NCBI GenBank assembly: GCA_028534125.1
Contig: CM052816.1
Coordinates: forward strand, 85,748,001 to 85,812,000
Source of the DNA: Lama glama
Lineage: Eukaryota
Reading direction: 5' to 3'
DNA length: 64,000 bases
This document shows positions 52,851 to 64,000 of the stretch, in pieces (the first letter of the stretch is position 1; each line of letters opens with the position of its first letter). The translations under genes and the position numbers were made by a program. The notes beneath the pieces were generated by a model. It was not told the DNA's origin and did not search any database. It saw only the letters and a list, made by a program, of their open reading frames with translations.

Positions 52851-53655
52851 AAAAAATATAGTGGTACATTGAAATAAAGTCCCCTATACTTTGGTCTTTA
52901 TGTAATGCAAGGCTTTTGAAAAGTTTGTCACAATATGAATTCCTTTATACAAAAATCTTTCAAAGATACTTTGAGGATATGTCTCACCAAGAGATAAATA
53001 ACTGAGGTGTATTTTTCCTGAAGATTCCTCTCTTCTTTGAAGGGAAGATAAATTAACTGTAATACCTCTATTTGCTTGTATTTCTGCGGTGACCAAGATT
53101 GTAAAAGCAGCTTTTTCTCACTGAATGTTTCTGCTCTTTAAAGCCAAGTCAGTGACTGACCTCACCATCCTTTCCATTCTTCACAGGTGATTAAGATGGC
53201 AATTTCCTGACATTTTAAACTGACCAATTAGATGACTAGGGGCTATTTTTACTTCTTTCCCCAAGTTCTTCAGAAATTATAAATCTCACACACACACATA
53301 CACATACGCCCGTGGAATATGTGGAAGTTGCTGATGTCAAGGATGATTTACCTATATATTTGCTCATCAAGGAGTACTTGTCTGGGATTTTCCTATACTC
53401 TCTAAATTTCAGAACAGATGTTGTGTGCACCACAATTACATAGTAGAAGAAGAGGGAGTGATGGAAGGACCCTTAGATTCCACCAAACCCTCAGATTGAC
53501 AAGACATTTTCTTCCTTTCATGCATTTACCTATCTCTTGAAACTGAAGCAGAATTTAATTCATGCTCTAAAATTCATATGTGGGAAAAGAATCTCCTTTT
53601 GGTTTTTTGTAAGTGAATCCACATTTACTTTTTTTTTTGAATTCTTATAATTACA

Positions 53656-53890
53656 TTTTATTTTATTTTTTTAACATTTTTTATTGGTTTATAATCATTT
53701 TACAATGTTGTGTCAAATTCCAGTGTTCAGCACAATTTTTCAGTCATTCATGGACATATACACACTCGTTGTCACATTTTTTTCTCTGTGATTTATCATG
53801 ACATTTTGTGTATATTTCCCTGTGCTATACAGTGTAATCTTGTTTATCTATTCTACAATTTTGAAATCCCGGTCTATCCCTTCCCACCCT
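53656..53890 (-). mobile_element. Young camelid L1 3' end
   Basis: Poly-T then ttaacattttttattggtttataatcattttacaatgttgtgtcaaattccag...cccttcccaccc; ~97% identical to the 52.7-kb copy. Confidence 0.93.
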
Positions 53891-54520
53891 CTATTCCCCA
53901 ATCTGACTAAGAAACAAACAATATATGTATATTCCAATTTGGTATATTCACTTTGATCCAGTGATTTGATTAGCAGCCTAGTCATTGTTCAATTCAACTT
54001 CACAGACTAGTCACTATGGTGAATATACACAGACTATACCTGTTTCTTTCCACTTCATTTGCCCTTCTAGTCACTTCAGGGTGTTTACTGATCCCCCGCA
54101 GCATTGGTGAAATTAACAGTTTCCTCAGAAAATACCAGTTGTTGTGTCATCACTTGATTAGTTTAATTCACTTTGTTCTATCTGCTGCTGGTGCTGCCTG
54201 CCTTGCTTCTCTACTAGGTGTCATGCTGGCTGTTGCTGATACCAATCATTGAGCAGCAGAGTTCTACATACCCTGGAAAGGAAGCTCTTATCCTTTCCCT
54301 GTTGCATATATTGGCTTGTTAAGTCTCTTTCTGTGTTCTCCTAAAAGGGCAATGGTTTTCTAGGCATTTCTCTCCACCATATTGGAACAAGTACTGTCCA
54401 TGAAGATACTCTTAGGATAATCTCACAGGTCCTATTTTTTTCCATTTTTCCTGAGCCATATTGGATGTTAGGTTTCCTGGAAGTTTCTAAAAAGAACAAT
54501 GAAATATTCCCAACTTTAAT

Positions 54521-55170
54521 TATGACAGGCAGAAATCCAAAATGCCACCTTACGTTTTCCTCACTAGAATCCCTGTAACTGTGAATATGATGAGTTACGA
54601 CCCCCATGATTATCTTACATTACACGACAAAGGAATTTGGCACATGTTTAAGTTTACTCATCAGTTAATTTTGAGATAATCAAAGGAGAGATTGTCCAGG
54701 TGGGCCCAATATAACCATATGACCCGTTTAAAAGCAAACAGCTTAAAATTTGTAGTAGAAAGGGAAGTGAGGGAAATTTGAGGCATTCAAAGTATTCAAA
54801 GTACTATTGTTGGCTTGAGATGGAGTAGGGCCAGATACAGGGAATATAGTGCCCTAGAAGCTGAGAGCTACCCCTAGCCGATAGCCAGAAAGGAAATGGT
54901 GATCTTAATCCTGCAATTGCAAGAAAGAAAACTCTGTTAACAACATGAATGAGCTTGGACTCATTCTTCCCCAGAACTAGAGGAAAGCGTCAACCAGACA
55001 TTGTTATTTCAGACTTGTGATACATACCCCAAGCTGTGAACCCAGCAAAGCCATCCTGGCCCAGAATTCTGGCCTACAGAATGTGAGCCAATAAGCCACT
55101 AATTTATCTTTAATTCTGAGTTGTGAAATTTGTGTTATTTAAGTAGTTAATTTTGTGGTAATTGTTACAT
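54521..55170 (+). mobile_element. MLT1E-type MaLR solo LTR
   Basis: ggcagaaatccaaaatgcc...gtgaatatgatg...aatcaaaggagagattgtccaggtgggcc...aacaacatgaatgagcttgga...ttgtggtaattgttac. Confidence 0.85.
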
Positions 55171-57899
55171 CTATCTTTCTATGTAAAGTTTCTTAGTAAA
55201 ATAAAGCCAAGTCAATATAGACAGCCAAATAGATACATCATGCTAACATAGGTGGTGAGCTGAACAAATGTCTATGGTTTCAATTCTCACTGGGATTGTT
55301 TCCCATATTACTGTAACCTAGTAGCCCAAAGCTAAAGATTTTCAGTTCCAAAAATATGTAGAAGGAAGACGTGATTCATGCCACTAAAATTTATTTAAAA
55401 GGGCTCATTTTAAATATTCTATTTTTATGCTAGAAAATATAAAACATACACAGATGTGTTAGGGATATATATATATATTCTATACAGAGAGGTAAATTTT
55501 TAAAATTGATTAGGTTATCGAAATATTGCCCACAGTGTGACAAAATGATGGATGGTTTGTACGAATCAAATTCTCTTGTATTAAATTTTCTTTCTTTCAC
55601 TTTACACCTGAAACTAAATTTAGCTGTGACAGTATATTAATGTCATTTGTTTCACTCTTGATATAGAAGTCAGAAAAGGTAGTGTCTAAGAAGAAAAAAT
55701 CATTTTCTTACAAATCCTTAATTATTATAAACATTTAATTTATGTGTATTCAAAAAATAAGTTATCTGCTTTTTAAATATATATATTTTTAACCATAATA
55801 TTCATCAACATATTTAGCAATTAAAATAACATTAAAAATTATAAATGGTATATAATTTTGAAGTTGACTTAGATTAGGGCTTAATGACAAATTTGGAGAT
55901 TTGATTTCTGTAAATACCAAATTTTATGTTAGAAATTATTATTATTATAAACATATGACTAACATAGAAAATTATAAGCAAAAATTCACCTACCACTTAA
56001 AATATTCATGTTGCTCTATCACAATACATGTTGTGGTACTTCAGTGCAATGGGCTTTTTTTAATATACAGGTTTTATTCTATGATGAATTTTCTATTTAA
56101 TTTTATTTGATATTTTTTCTCATCATTAAAACTTTCCAAATACCTTTATGCATGAGTATATATGTACATGCATGTGTGTCTGTCTGTGTATGTATACATA
56201 TACTATATACTTAGGCGTCTTTATTCAGAAAGTTGGTTAAGGATTTTGAATCACAGTAAATCATGTAGCTTTCGGTCTTTATCTGTGTTTTGTGTTATTG
56301 CTGAGCTTAATGGCTAGTGGTAGTATCATTTCTGGGTTTCATATGCTTCTTTACACATTTATGTTTAATATTTATCTTATATTTTGATTTGCATGAAATG
56401 CTTTAAACCATTATCTACAAGAATGTTCAACATACCATTCTAGGTTAACAGTGTGGAATTTCAAACTATTCAGGCAGAATTAGTTTTCAATTAAAATATG
56501 GCATTAAGCATTATAAATATAACTTTACTACTATACATATTTCATTCTCAAACCTCCCACTTCCAGAAGTATGCTGTCAATTTCTAGATATTTTAAGTAA
56601 GATGAAAACTAGAGAAATACTAAAATGTCTTTATATTACTATTTTATTCTGACTCCCCTTGAAAAAAATCCAGAGTGTTTTCTACTTAGCCATTTAGTGT
56701 AGAAGTCATTTTCAGTCTGAATTATCCAGTATATGTTTATCACTGTACAAATTTACACTGTATTTTATGTATAAATTATAAGTACTTTTAAACTGTATCT
56801 AACATAGGTACATTATGGCAACATTGAGACAACCCTTTAATAGTATTCCTACAACTACTATGACTACTAGTCCTACTAGCTACCTATAACAGTGATAGTT
56901 CAAATGCTGTATTCTAAGCACCAGGTTTACTATCCACATCAATGAAACAGAGATTTAAAAAAAAAATTCTATGCTGTGCTTTTGAGGGTAGGTTTTAGCC
57001 TCCATAGCATTTTTAGATTGTAGGTATATTCTTTTTGTGACGACTTAGAAAGCCTAAAAAGTTTTCCTTATACTTTTTAAATGGTAGAAATCTGTACATG
57101 TAGCAAAAAAGAAAGAAAAAAAATCCTCTTTTTGTGAATGATTTAAACTAAACCAGTGCCTTTCAAAATGTTTTTGTTTGAAAAAATTTGTATTGATAAT
57201 AATTGTATATAATGAAGTATGAATATTACATGTACAAAAACTGAGTATGCAAGCATCCTTAACTCCCAACTCCAAGCATACCCTACAAACACAGGCGTTG
57301 CTATAACTTAGATCAGGTGCTTAGCACCTGTCTTTCACTTGGCAACCAGAGAAGTAAGATATCAAACTCCTGAGGATAGTCCATCCCAGAAAGAAACTGT
57401 CAGGGAGATGTGCTGCCAGCTATGCCTCTGGAAATGTCTCGTTAGTGAAAGCTTCACTCGGCTGACTATCTAGGTGATACATACTTACAGAATATCTATT
57501 TTTAAAACACAGTCACTTTTTCAAATAGAGAAAACTGAATCATCCTAGTTTTGTGAAAGGGCAATATGGTATTTCTTTTTCAGTGATGGCACAAGTAAGT
57601 GCCCTATCCGTTACCAAATTCATCCCTCCTTTACCCTAAGCATGTTGATACCTTAGCCAATATTATTTGTCATTAAAAAAAAATTCTGCTTTTACGAATG
57701 TGCATGTAGATGGCATGTAATTATTCTTCGTCTGTGTTTGTTTTATATTGACTTTGAGATACAACCTTGCGTTTTAACTATTTCCTCCAAGTTGTGTTGG
57801 CAATATCCCTGATCATCTACCTGGGTGTTACTTTAGAGATCTGTATTTGTCAAAATACTTTAAATAGAAAAATATTCAAATGTGAGAGTAGTCTCAAAT

Positions 57900-58150
57900 G
57901 TTTGTTCATTCATTCATTCACTTACTCAGTCATTCCTCCATTTAGTCACTTACATGAAGCTATTTATTATAGACCCCATTTGTTAACACAAAGACCCCCA
58001 GCAATTATCATGCAAAACAAAACCCTAGCTCTCAAAGACATTACAAGTTTGTTACTGGAAAATGATGGTAGTGAAGCAACTATATGGCATCATGAAAGTT
58101 ATGATGGATTAAAATACAAGACACTGTCAGACCAAGAAGAAAAGGGGTGA
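57900..58150 (-). mobile_element. L2 3' end
   Basis: (TTCA)n start, aaacaaaaccctagctctcaaagacattaca. Confidence 0.6.
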
Positions 58151-59467
58151 TAAAACATCAAAATGATTATGTATCTTTTTAAAATAAGAAGTGACTGCCC
58201 AAAGTTTTAAATTTAGCTAATGTTTGAATACAAACTTTAATTAGTTAAATCACTGTATATGTGTGTGTGTGTTTTGAAATAGTAAGACTATTCTTTTGAA
58301 AGAGAACTTCATAATTTTTCTGATGATTCTTGTTACTTGATGACATATTTGACTCTCAGAGCAGATTATTTACATTTGGTGACATTTATTATCTGTTGTT
58401 AGGTTCCCCAGCCCCCACAAACACAAAAACTAATTTTGATTCATTTCTAACCCTGTATCTGCACCGTGGCAGCCTGTGTTTCAGCAATGACAGGAATAAT
58501 TTTGCTAGATATTTTCTCACATTATTATCAATTACATTATGCTTCTTTCCACTAGTTCAAATATACTCAGTGTATGTCTTCAAAGGTAAATCAGTTTCAT
58601 TTGAATTGTAGTTTTCAGCTGGCAGTGCGACAAACTACTATATTAGTGATATTTTTAAAAATCATATGTATTTGTATAAAGTGAGTGCACATTCCAAGAA
58701 TAATTTCTACTATTAAATGGCATTTTGTAAAGAAAATTCTACATTGTCATATACAAACAATAAGTTTAAAATATTCATATGTTAATTGAGATTGTAAGAA
58801 AAACAAGAAATGGTTACTTTCACATAAGAAAATAATCCTCACTGATGTTATTGGTTTCTTTATTATATAGCTTGATACCTGTTTTAAAAATCTACTAGCT
58901 CTTTAAAATGTATAATACAAACATATAAGGATAACTGCTATTTTTATTTTGATTGTATAGAAATATGTGTGTATGTCAAACATATACATATACATATAGT
59001 TATATAGTGTTTTCCTTAAGATAATTTTTGTGCTGTGATATAAAATGTGTTTTAGTACTTGAAATATTCCACCTAGCAATTCTAGACTCCTGGGGCACCA
59101 GCATAAGAGAAAAGAAAAGTAATGACAAAGAGAATTTGTAGAAGCTTGTGGGATTTATTATCTGCTGAAGAGCAAAAAACTCTCTGGAGAGAGCAATTTG
59201 ATTTCTCAAAGCTTTTCCCAGTTGAGTACAAATCACATAAAGTACTTCTTCTCAAGGAACCCTGCTAAGGATTCTTTTAATACTCATGTATTGTTGGATT
59301 CTAATAATCTGTATGATATTAATACCAAATATAAATGTGTTTCTTGAATATAACAATTTATCTAACATTTATATACCATGAAATTAAGTTTTTTTAAATT
59401 AAATGCACAAGAGGCTATATGCAAGAATATTATGAGTGATTACCTTGAAACTCTTAAAATAGTTATT

Positions 59468-59757
59468 TAGACCATGATTTCAAAATTGGGGGCTTGTCAA
59501 CCCAGGAGGTTTTCAAAATAATTCATTGTGATTATGGTATAGGAATCATACGTTAGAAATGTATATATCCATGCATATTTCATATTCTATCTTGCCTATC
59601 TATCTCTGCATTATAATGTTAAAGTAAATATTGGTAAGGTATTATACATACAGTTTTTTAAAAAGCATAAATAAATGTAGATATTGGGAGCCAGTGTTCC
59701 AGTTTTCATCTTGCTAATAAGAGTGTATGGATGATGTATTTTTGAGATACTGATCTA
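59468..59757. mobile_element. Old hAT-like MER element
   Basis: Imperfect terminal inverted repeats tagaccatgatttcaaaa / ttttgagatactgatcta. Confidence 0.4.
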
Positions 59758-59902
59758 ATCAAAAAGAAACATAAAAGGCTTATTTGCAGTTAGTTGGATG
59801 ATCAGCTCACTTGATAGGAAGATAATTGCTAAATCCCTAACACTGCATTAGGTACAGTGAGACATAATTTGTCATAGTTTTCATTATGTTGTATATAAGT
59901 CT

Positions 59903-61446
59903 TGGACTTCTTGTTTCTAGTTGGTCATGCAAGGAACTTGGAAATTGTCACTGTCCTGACAACAAGTAAAAAACTGAAAAACAAGATTCAACCATTAAAT
60001 ATATCAGAGAAATGATGTCACAGGGAAAACTACTGTCATATAAAGTGTGAAGTGAATAACATAAATGTTACAAAGAAAGGAATGAAAAATTAAGATTAGT
60101 TTTTTATTATAAGATTATATTGTTAGTTTGTTCATGATATGTGAAACAGTATAGTGTTATTTGAAATTGGATTGGATTACTTGTAAATGCATATTGCAAA
60201 TCTTGATCAAGAACTAAAACTAGGAAAAAGTGTGATATGACTGACAAAAAATAAGAGAACAAAGAATGAGAGAAACAAATAGAAAACAGTAACAAATCTG
60301 GTAGATATTAATCCAGCTGTATCAACAATCCCTTTAAATGTCAGTGATCTAAATATACTAATTAAAAGAGTCAGAGTGGGAAAAAAAAAACAAAAAAAAA
60401 TGACTCAGCTATGTTATCTGCAAGAAATCCACTTTAAATATACAGACACCTGCAGAGTTAAAAATAAATGGATAAAAATATTGTACCACACTAACACTAA
60501 TCAAAGAAAATGGAAGTAATTATATTAATTTCACTTCAGAATAAGGAAATATTTCTGGGATAGAAAGAAGCATTATAAAGTGTTAAAGGGTCAGTTCTCC
60601 AAGAAAACATAATAATCATTAAGGTGTATGTGCCTAATAACAGTATTAAAATGCATACATCGAAAACTGATAGAACTACAAGGAGAAATAGATTAATCCA
60701 CTATTTTAGCTACAAACTTTAACACCCCTCTACCAGAAATAAACAGATCCAGCAGGGAGAAAAATCAATAAAGACATAATTGTACTCAGCAGCACCTCAC
60801 TTGACTGAATATGATTGACATCTGTTGATTACTCATCTAACAACAGAAGAATTCACATCCTTCTCAAGCTCACATTAAACATTAACCAAGATAAACCATA
60901 TTCTGAACCCTAAAATACACCTTATCACATTTAAAATAATATGAATCATGCACTGTCTGCTCTCAGACAACACTGGAATTAAGTTAGAAATCAATAATGA
61001 AAACAATGCTGATAAATCCCAAAATACATGGAGAATAAGCCAAAGATTTAAATAACTCCCTGGTCAAAGAAGACTGTCAAGTGAAATTTAAAAATATTTT
61101 GAACTAAATGAAAATTAAACCATAACTTATCAAAACGTATGGAATATAAGGAAAAGATAACTTGGAGGGGAATTTATAGCACTGAGTGCATGTATTAAAA
61201 AAGGAAGAAAGAGCTAAACTCAATAATTAAGCTTCAACCTTAGAAAACCAGAAAAAGAAAAAAAAACCCTAAATAAGTAGGAGAATAGAAATTTTTAAAT
61301 TTGTGCAGAAAAATAATGTAATTGAAAACAAGAAATCATCAAACCCAAAACTTGCTCCTTAAAAATATCAATAAAATCTATGAAATTCTAGCCAATCTAA
61401 CTAAGTAAAAAGTAGGCACAAATAACTAATATCGAAAATAAGAGAT
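59903..61446 (+). mobile_element. L1MD/MC-like element: 5' end (59903-60035) joined to the spacer and ORF2 endonuclease region
   Basis: ggacttcttgtttctagtt..catgcaaggaacttggaa..gtcctgacaacaagtaaaaaactgaa resembles the recalled L1MD 5' end. A decayed ORF2 follows (caagaaatccactttaaatata, gtgtatgtgcctaataacag). Confidence 0.75.
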
Positions 61447-64000
61447 GAACAACTATATGGCAACAATTTGCACAACCTAGAAGAAATGAACAAGTTTCTA
61501 GAAACATACTGTCTACCAAAACTGAATCAAGAAGAAATACATATTTTGAACTGACCAATCACTAGAAGTAAAACAGTAAGTTTAGTCATTACTAAAAAAA
61601 AATAGTAATAAAAATCCTTCCTGCAAACAAAAGTGCAGGACCAGATGGCTTCATTGTGGAATTCTACCAAATATACAAAGAACTCTTACCAATTCTTCTC
61701 AAACTCTTCCAAAAGATTGAAGAGGAGGGAATACTCCCAAACTCATTCTATGAAGCCACCAACCTTCTGATACCAAAACCACACAAATACCACCAAAAAA
61801 GAAAATAACAGATCAATATCATTGATGGACATAGCTGCAAATATTTTCAACAAGATATTAGCAAACAATCCAATAACACATAAAAAGATCATACACTATG
61901 GGCAAGTTGAATTAATTCTAGGGACACAAGGATGGTTCAGCATAAACAAATCAGTCAATGTGATGCATCACAACAACAAAAGAAAGGACAAAAATCATGT
62001 GGTCATCTCAATAGATACAGAAAAAACATTTGATATAATTCAGCACTCATTTATGATAAAAACCCTTACCAAAGTAGGTATAGATGGGGCATAATGTAAT
62101 AAAAACTGTGACAAACCCACAGCCAACATGATACTCAACAATGAAAAGTTGAAAGCCTCCCTGATAAAATCTGGAACAAGAGGAGGATGCTCACTCTCAC
62201 TACTTCTATTCAATATAGTGTTGGAAGTCCCAGCCATAGGAATCAGACAAGAAACATAAATAGAAGGAATCCAAATTGGAAAAGTAAAACTGTCACTGTA
62301 TATGGATGATGTGATACTATATATAGAAAACCCTAAAGGCTCCACACAAAAACTGCTGCTACTAGAGCTGATAAAAGAATTTGACAAGATAGCAGGGTAC
62401 AAAATTAACATACAGAAATCAGTTGTATTTCTTCTACATTAACAATGAAATATCAGAAAAAGAAAATAGAGAAACAATCTCTTTTAAAATCAAATCCCCA
62501 AAAATAAAGTACTTAGGAATAAATTCAACCAAGGAAGAAAGATTTATATGTGGAGAACTACAAAACATTGATTAAGAAAATTAAAGATTACCTAAAGAAA
62601 TGGAAAGATATCCCATGTTCTTAGATTGGAAGAATTAATACTGTTAAAATGGCCATACTATCCAAAGCAATGTACAGATTTAATGTGATCCCTATCAAAT
62701 TACCCAGGACATTTTTCACAGAACTAGAACAAATAATCCTAAAATTTATATGGAATCACACACACACAAAAAACAAACAAACAGAATGGACAAAGCAATA
62801 CTGAAGAAAAAGAACTAAGCTAGAGGAATAATCCTCCCAGACTTCAGACAGTACTACAGAGCTACAATAATCAAACCAGCATAATATTGGCAGAAAAACA
62901 GACATATGGATCAATGACACAGAATAGAGAGCCCAGAAATAAACTCATAGACCTATAGTCAATTAATCTTCAACAAAGAAGGTAAGAATATCCAATGGAG
63001 AAAAGACAATCTTTTCAGGAAGTGGTGTTGGGAAAACTGGACAGCTTTATGTAAACAGATGAAGTTGAAATACTCCCTCACACCATACACAAAAGTAAAT
63101 AATGGATTAAAGATTTAAATATAAGACAAGACACTATAAACCTCCTAGAAGAAAACATAGGCAAAACATTCTCTGACATAAAGCTTAGCAATGTTCTCCT
63201 AGGGCAGTCTACCCAGGCAATAGAAATAAAAGCAAAAATAAACAAATGAGGTCTAATTAAACTTACAAGCTTTTGCATAGCGAAGGAAACCATAAATAAA
63301 ACAAAAAGACAACCTACAGAATGGGAGAAAATATTTGCAAATGTTGAGACTGACAATGGCTTAATTTATAGAATGTATAAACAGCTTGTACAACTTAATA
63401 ACAGCAACAACAACAACATAAACCCAATTAAAAAATTAGCAGAAGACCTAAACAAGCAATTCTCCAATGAAGACATACAAATGGTCAATAGGCACATGAG
63501 AAAATGCTCAATATTGCTAATTATCAGAGAAATGGAAATCAAAACTACCATGAGGTATCACCTCACACCAGTCAAAAAGGCCATCATTAAAAAATACACA
63601 AATTATAAATGCTGGAAAAGTGATGGAGAAAAGAGAATCATCCTACTCTGTTATTGGGGATAGAGCTTAGTGCAGCCATTATGGAAAACAATATGGAGAT
63701 TCCTCAAAAAACTAAAAATAGACTTACCATATGATCCAGCAAGCCCACTCCTGGGCATATATCTGGAAGGAACTCTAATTCTAAAAGATACATGCATCCC
63801 AGTGTTCATAGTAGCACTATTTACAATAAGGAAGAAATGGAAATAACCTTAATGTCCACTGATAGATGACTGGATAAAGAAGTTGTGGTATATTTATACA
63901 TTGTAATACTATTCAGCCATGAAAAATGACAACATAATATTTGCAGCAACATGGATGTAACTGGAGCTCGTATTTCTAAGTGAAGTAAGCCAGAAAGAGA
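61447..64000 (+). mobile_element. Younger camelid/artiodactyl L1 ORF2 (RT and C-terminal), frameshifted; runs off the window end
   Basis: ORF fragments [20 protein letters not shown]...[28 protein letters not shown] and [30 protein letters not shown]; the RT FADD-like motif reads YMDD at ~62300. Confidence 0.95.

Noticed and set aside
48868..53910. Three similar ORFs beginning MSNSS
   Set aside because: Antisense translations of the same L1 3' UTR, not a gene family.
61822..63663. RT-like ORFs as a possible active retroelement
   Set aside because: Fragmented by many stops and frameshifts; no intact ORF1 or ORF2.

Overview
AT-rich, gene-poor mammalian DNA, most likely camelid (alpaca or camel), judged from two vic-1-like tRNA-Ala-derived SINEs and camelid-type L1 3' ends recognised from memory. 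I see no intact protein-coding gene. The window is mostly transposon debris: L1 of several ages, L2, MIR, ERV1/ERVL/MaLR solo LTRs and a full-length dead Tigger1. It also contains a 500-N gap and a processed MCUB (CCDC109B) retrocopy fragment at about 9.1-9.4 kb (-). The most notable structures are: (1) a lone CpG island built from an old, ORF1-deleted L1M3-like 5' UTR, with CpG excess extending into its flanks (candidate exapted promoter); (2) an MCUB fragment still open across both TM helices, with DIME changed to GVME; (3) a 201-bp ungapped local copy of ancient L1 sequence with mosaic divergence; (4) an ERV LTR R-region piece that appears inserted by L1 machinery; (5) a twin-primed L1 that forms a ~97%-identical inverted pair with a neighbour; and (6) a colinear old/young L1 chimera. 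I found no convincing new biological system. Family names come from recall of consensus sequences, not from database searches, and counts were done by hand.
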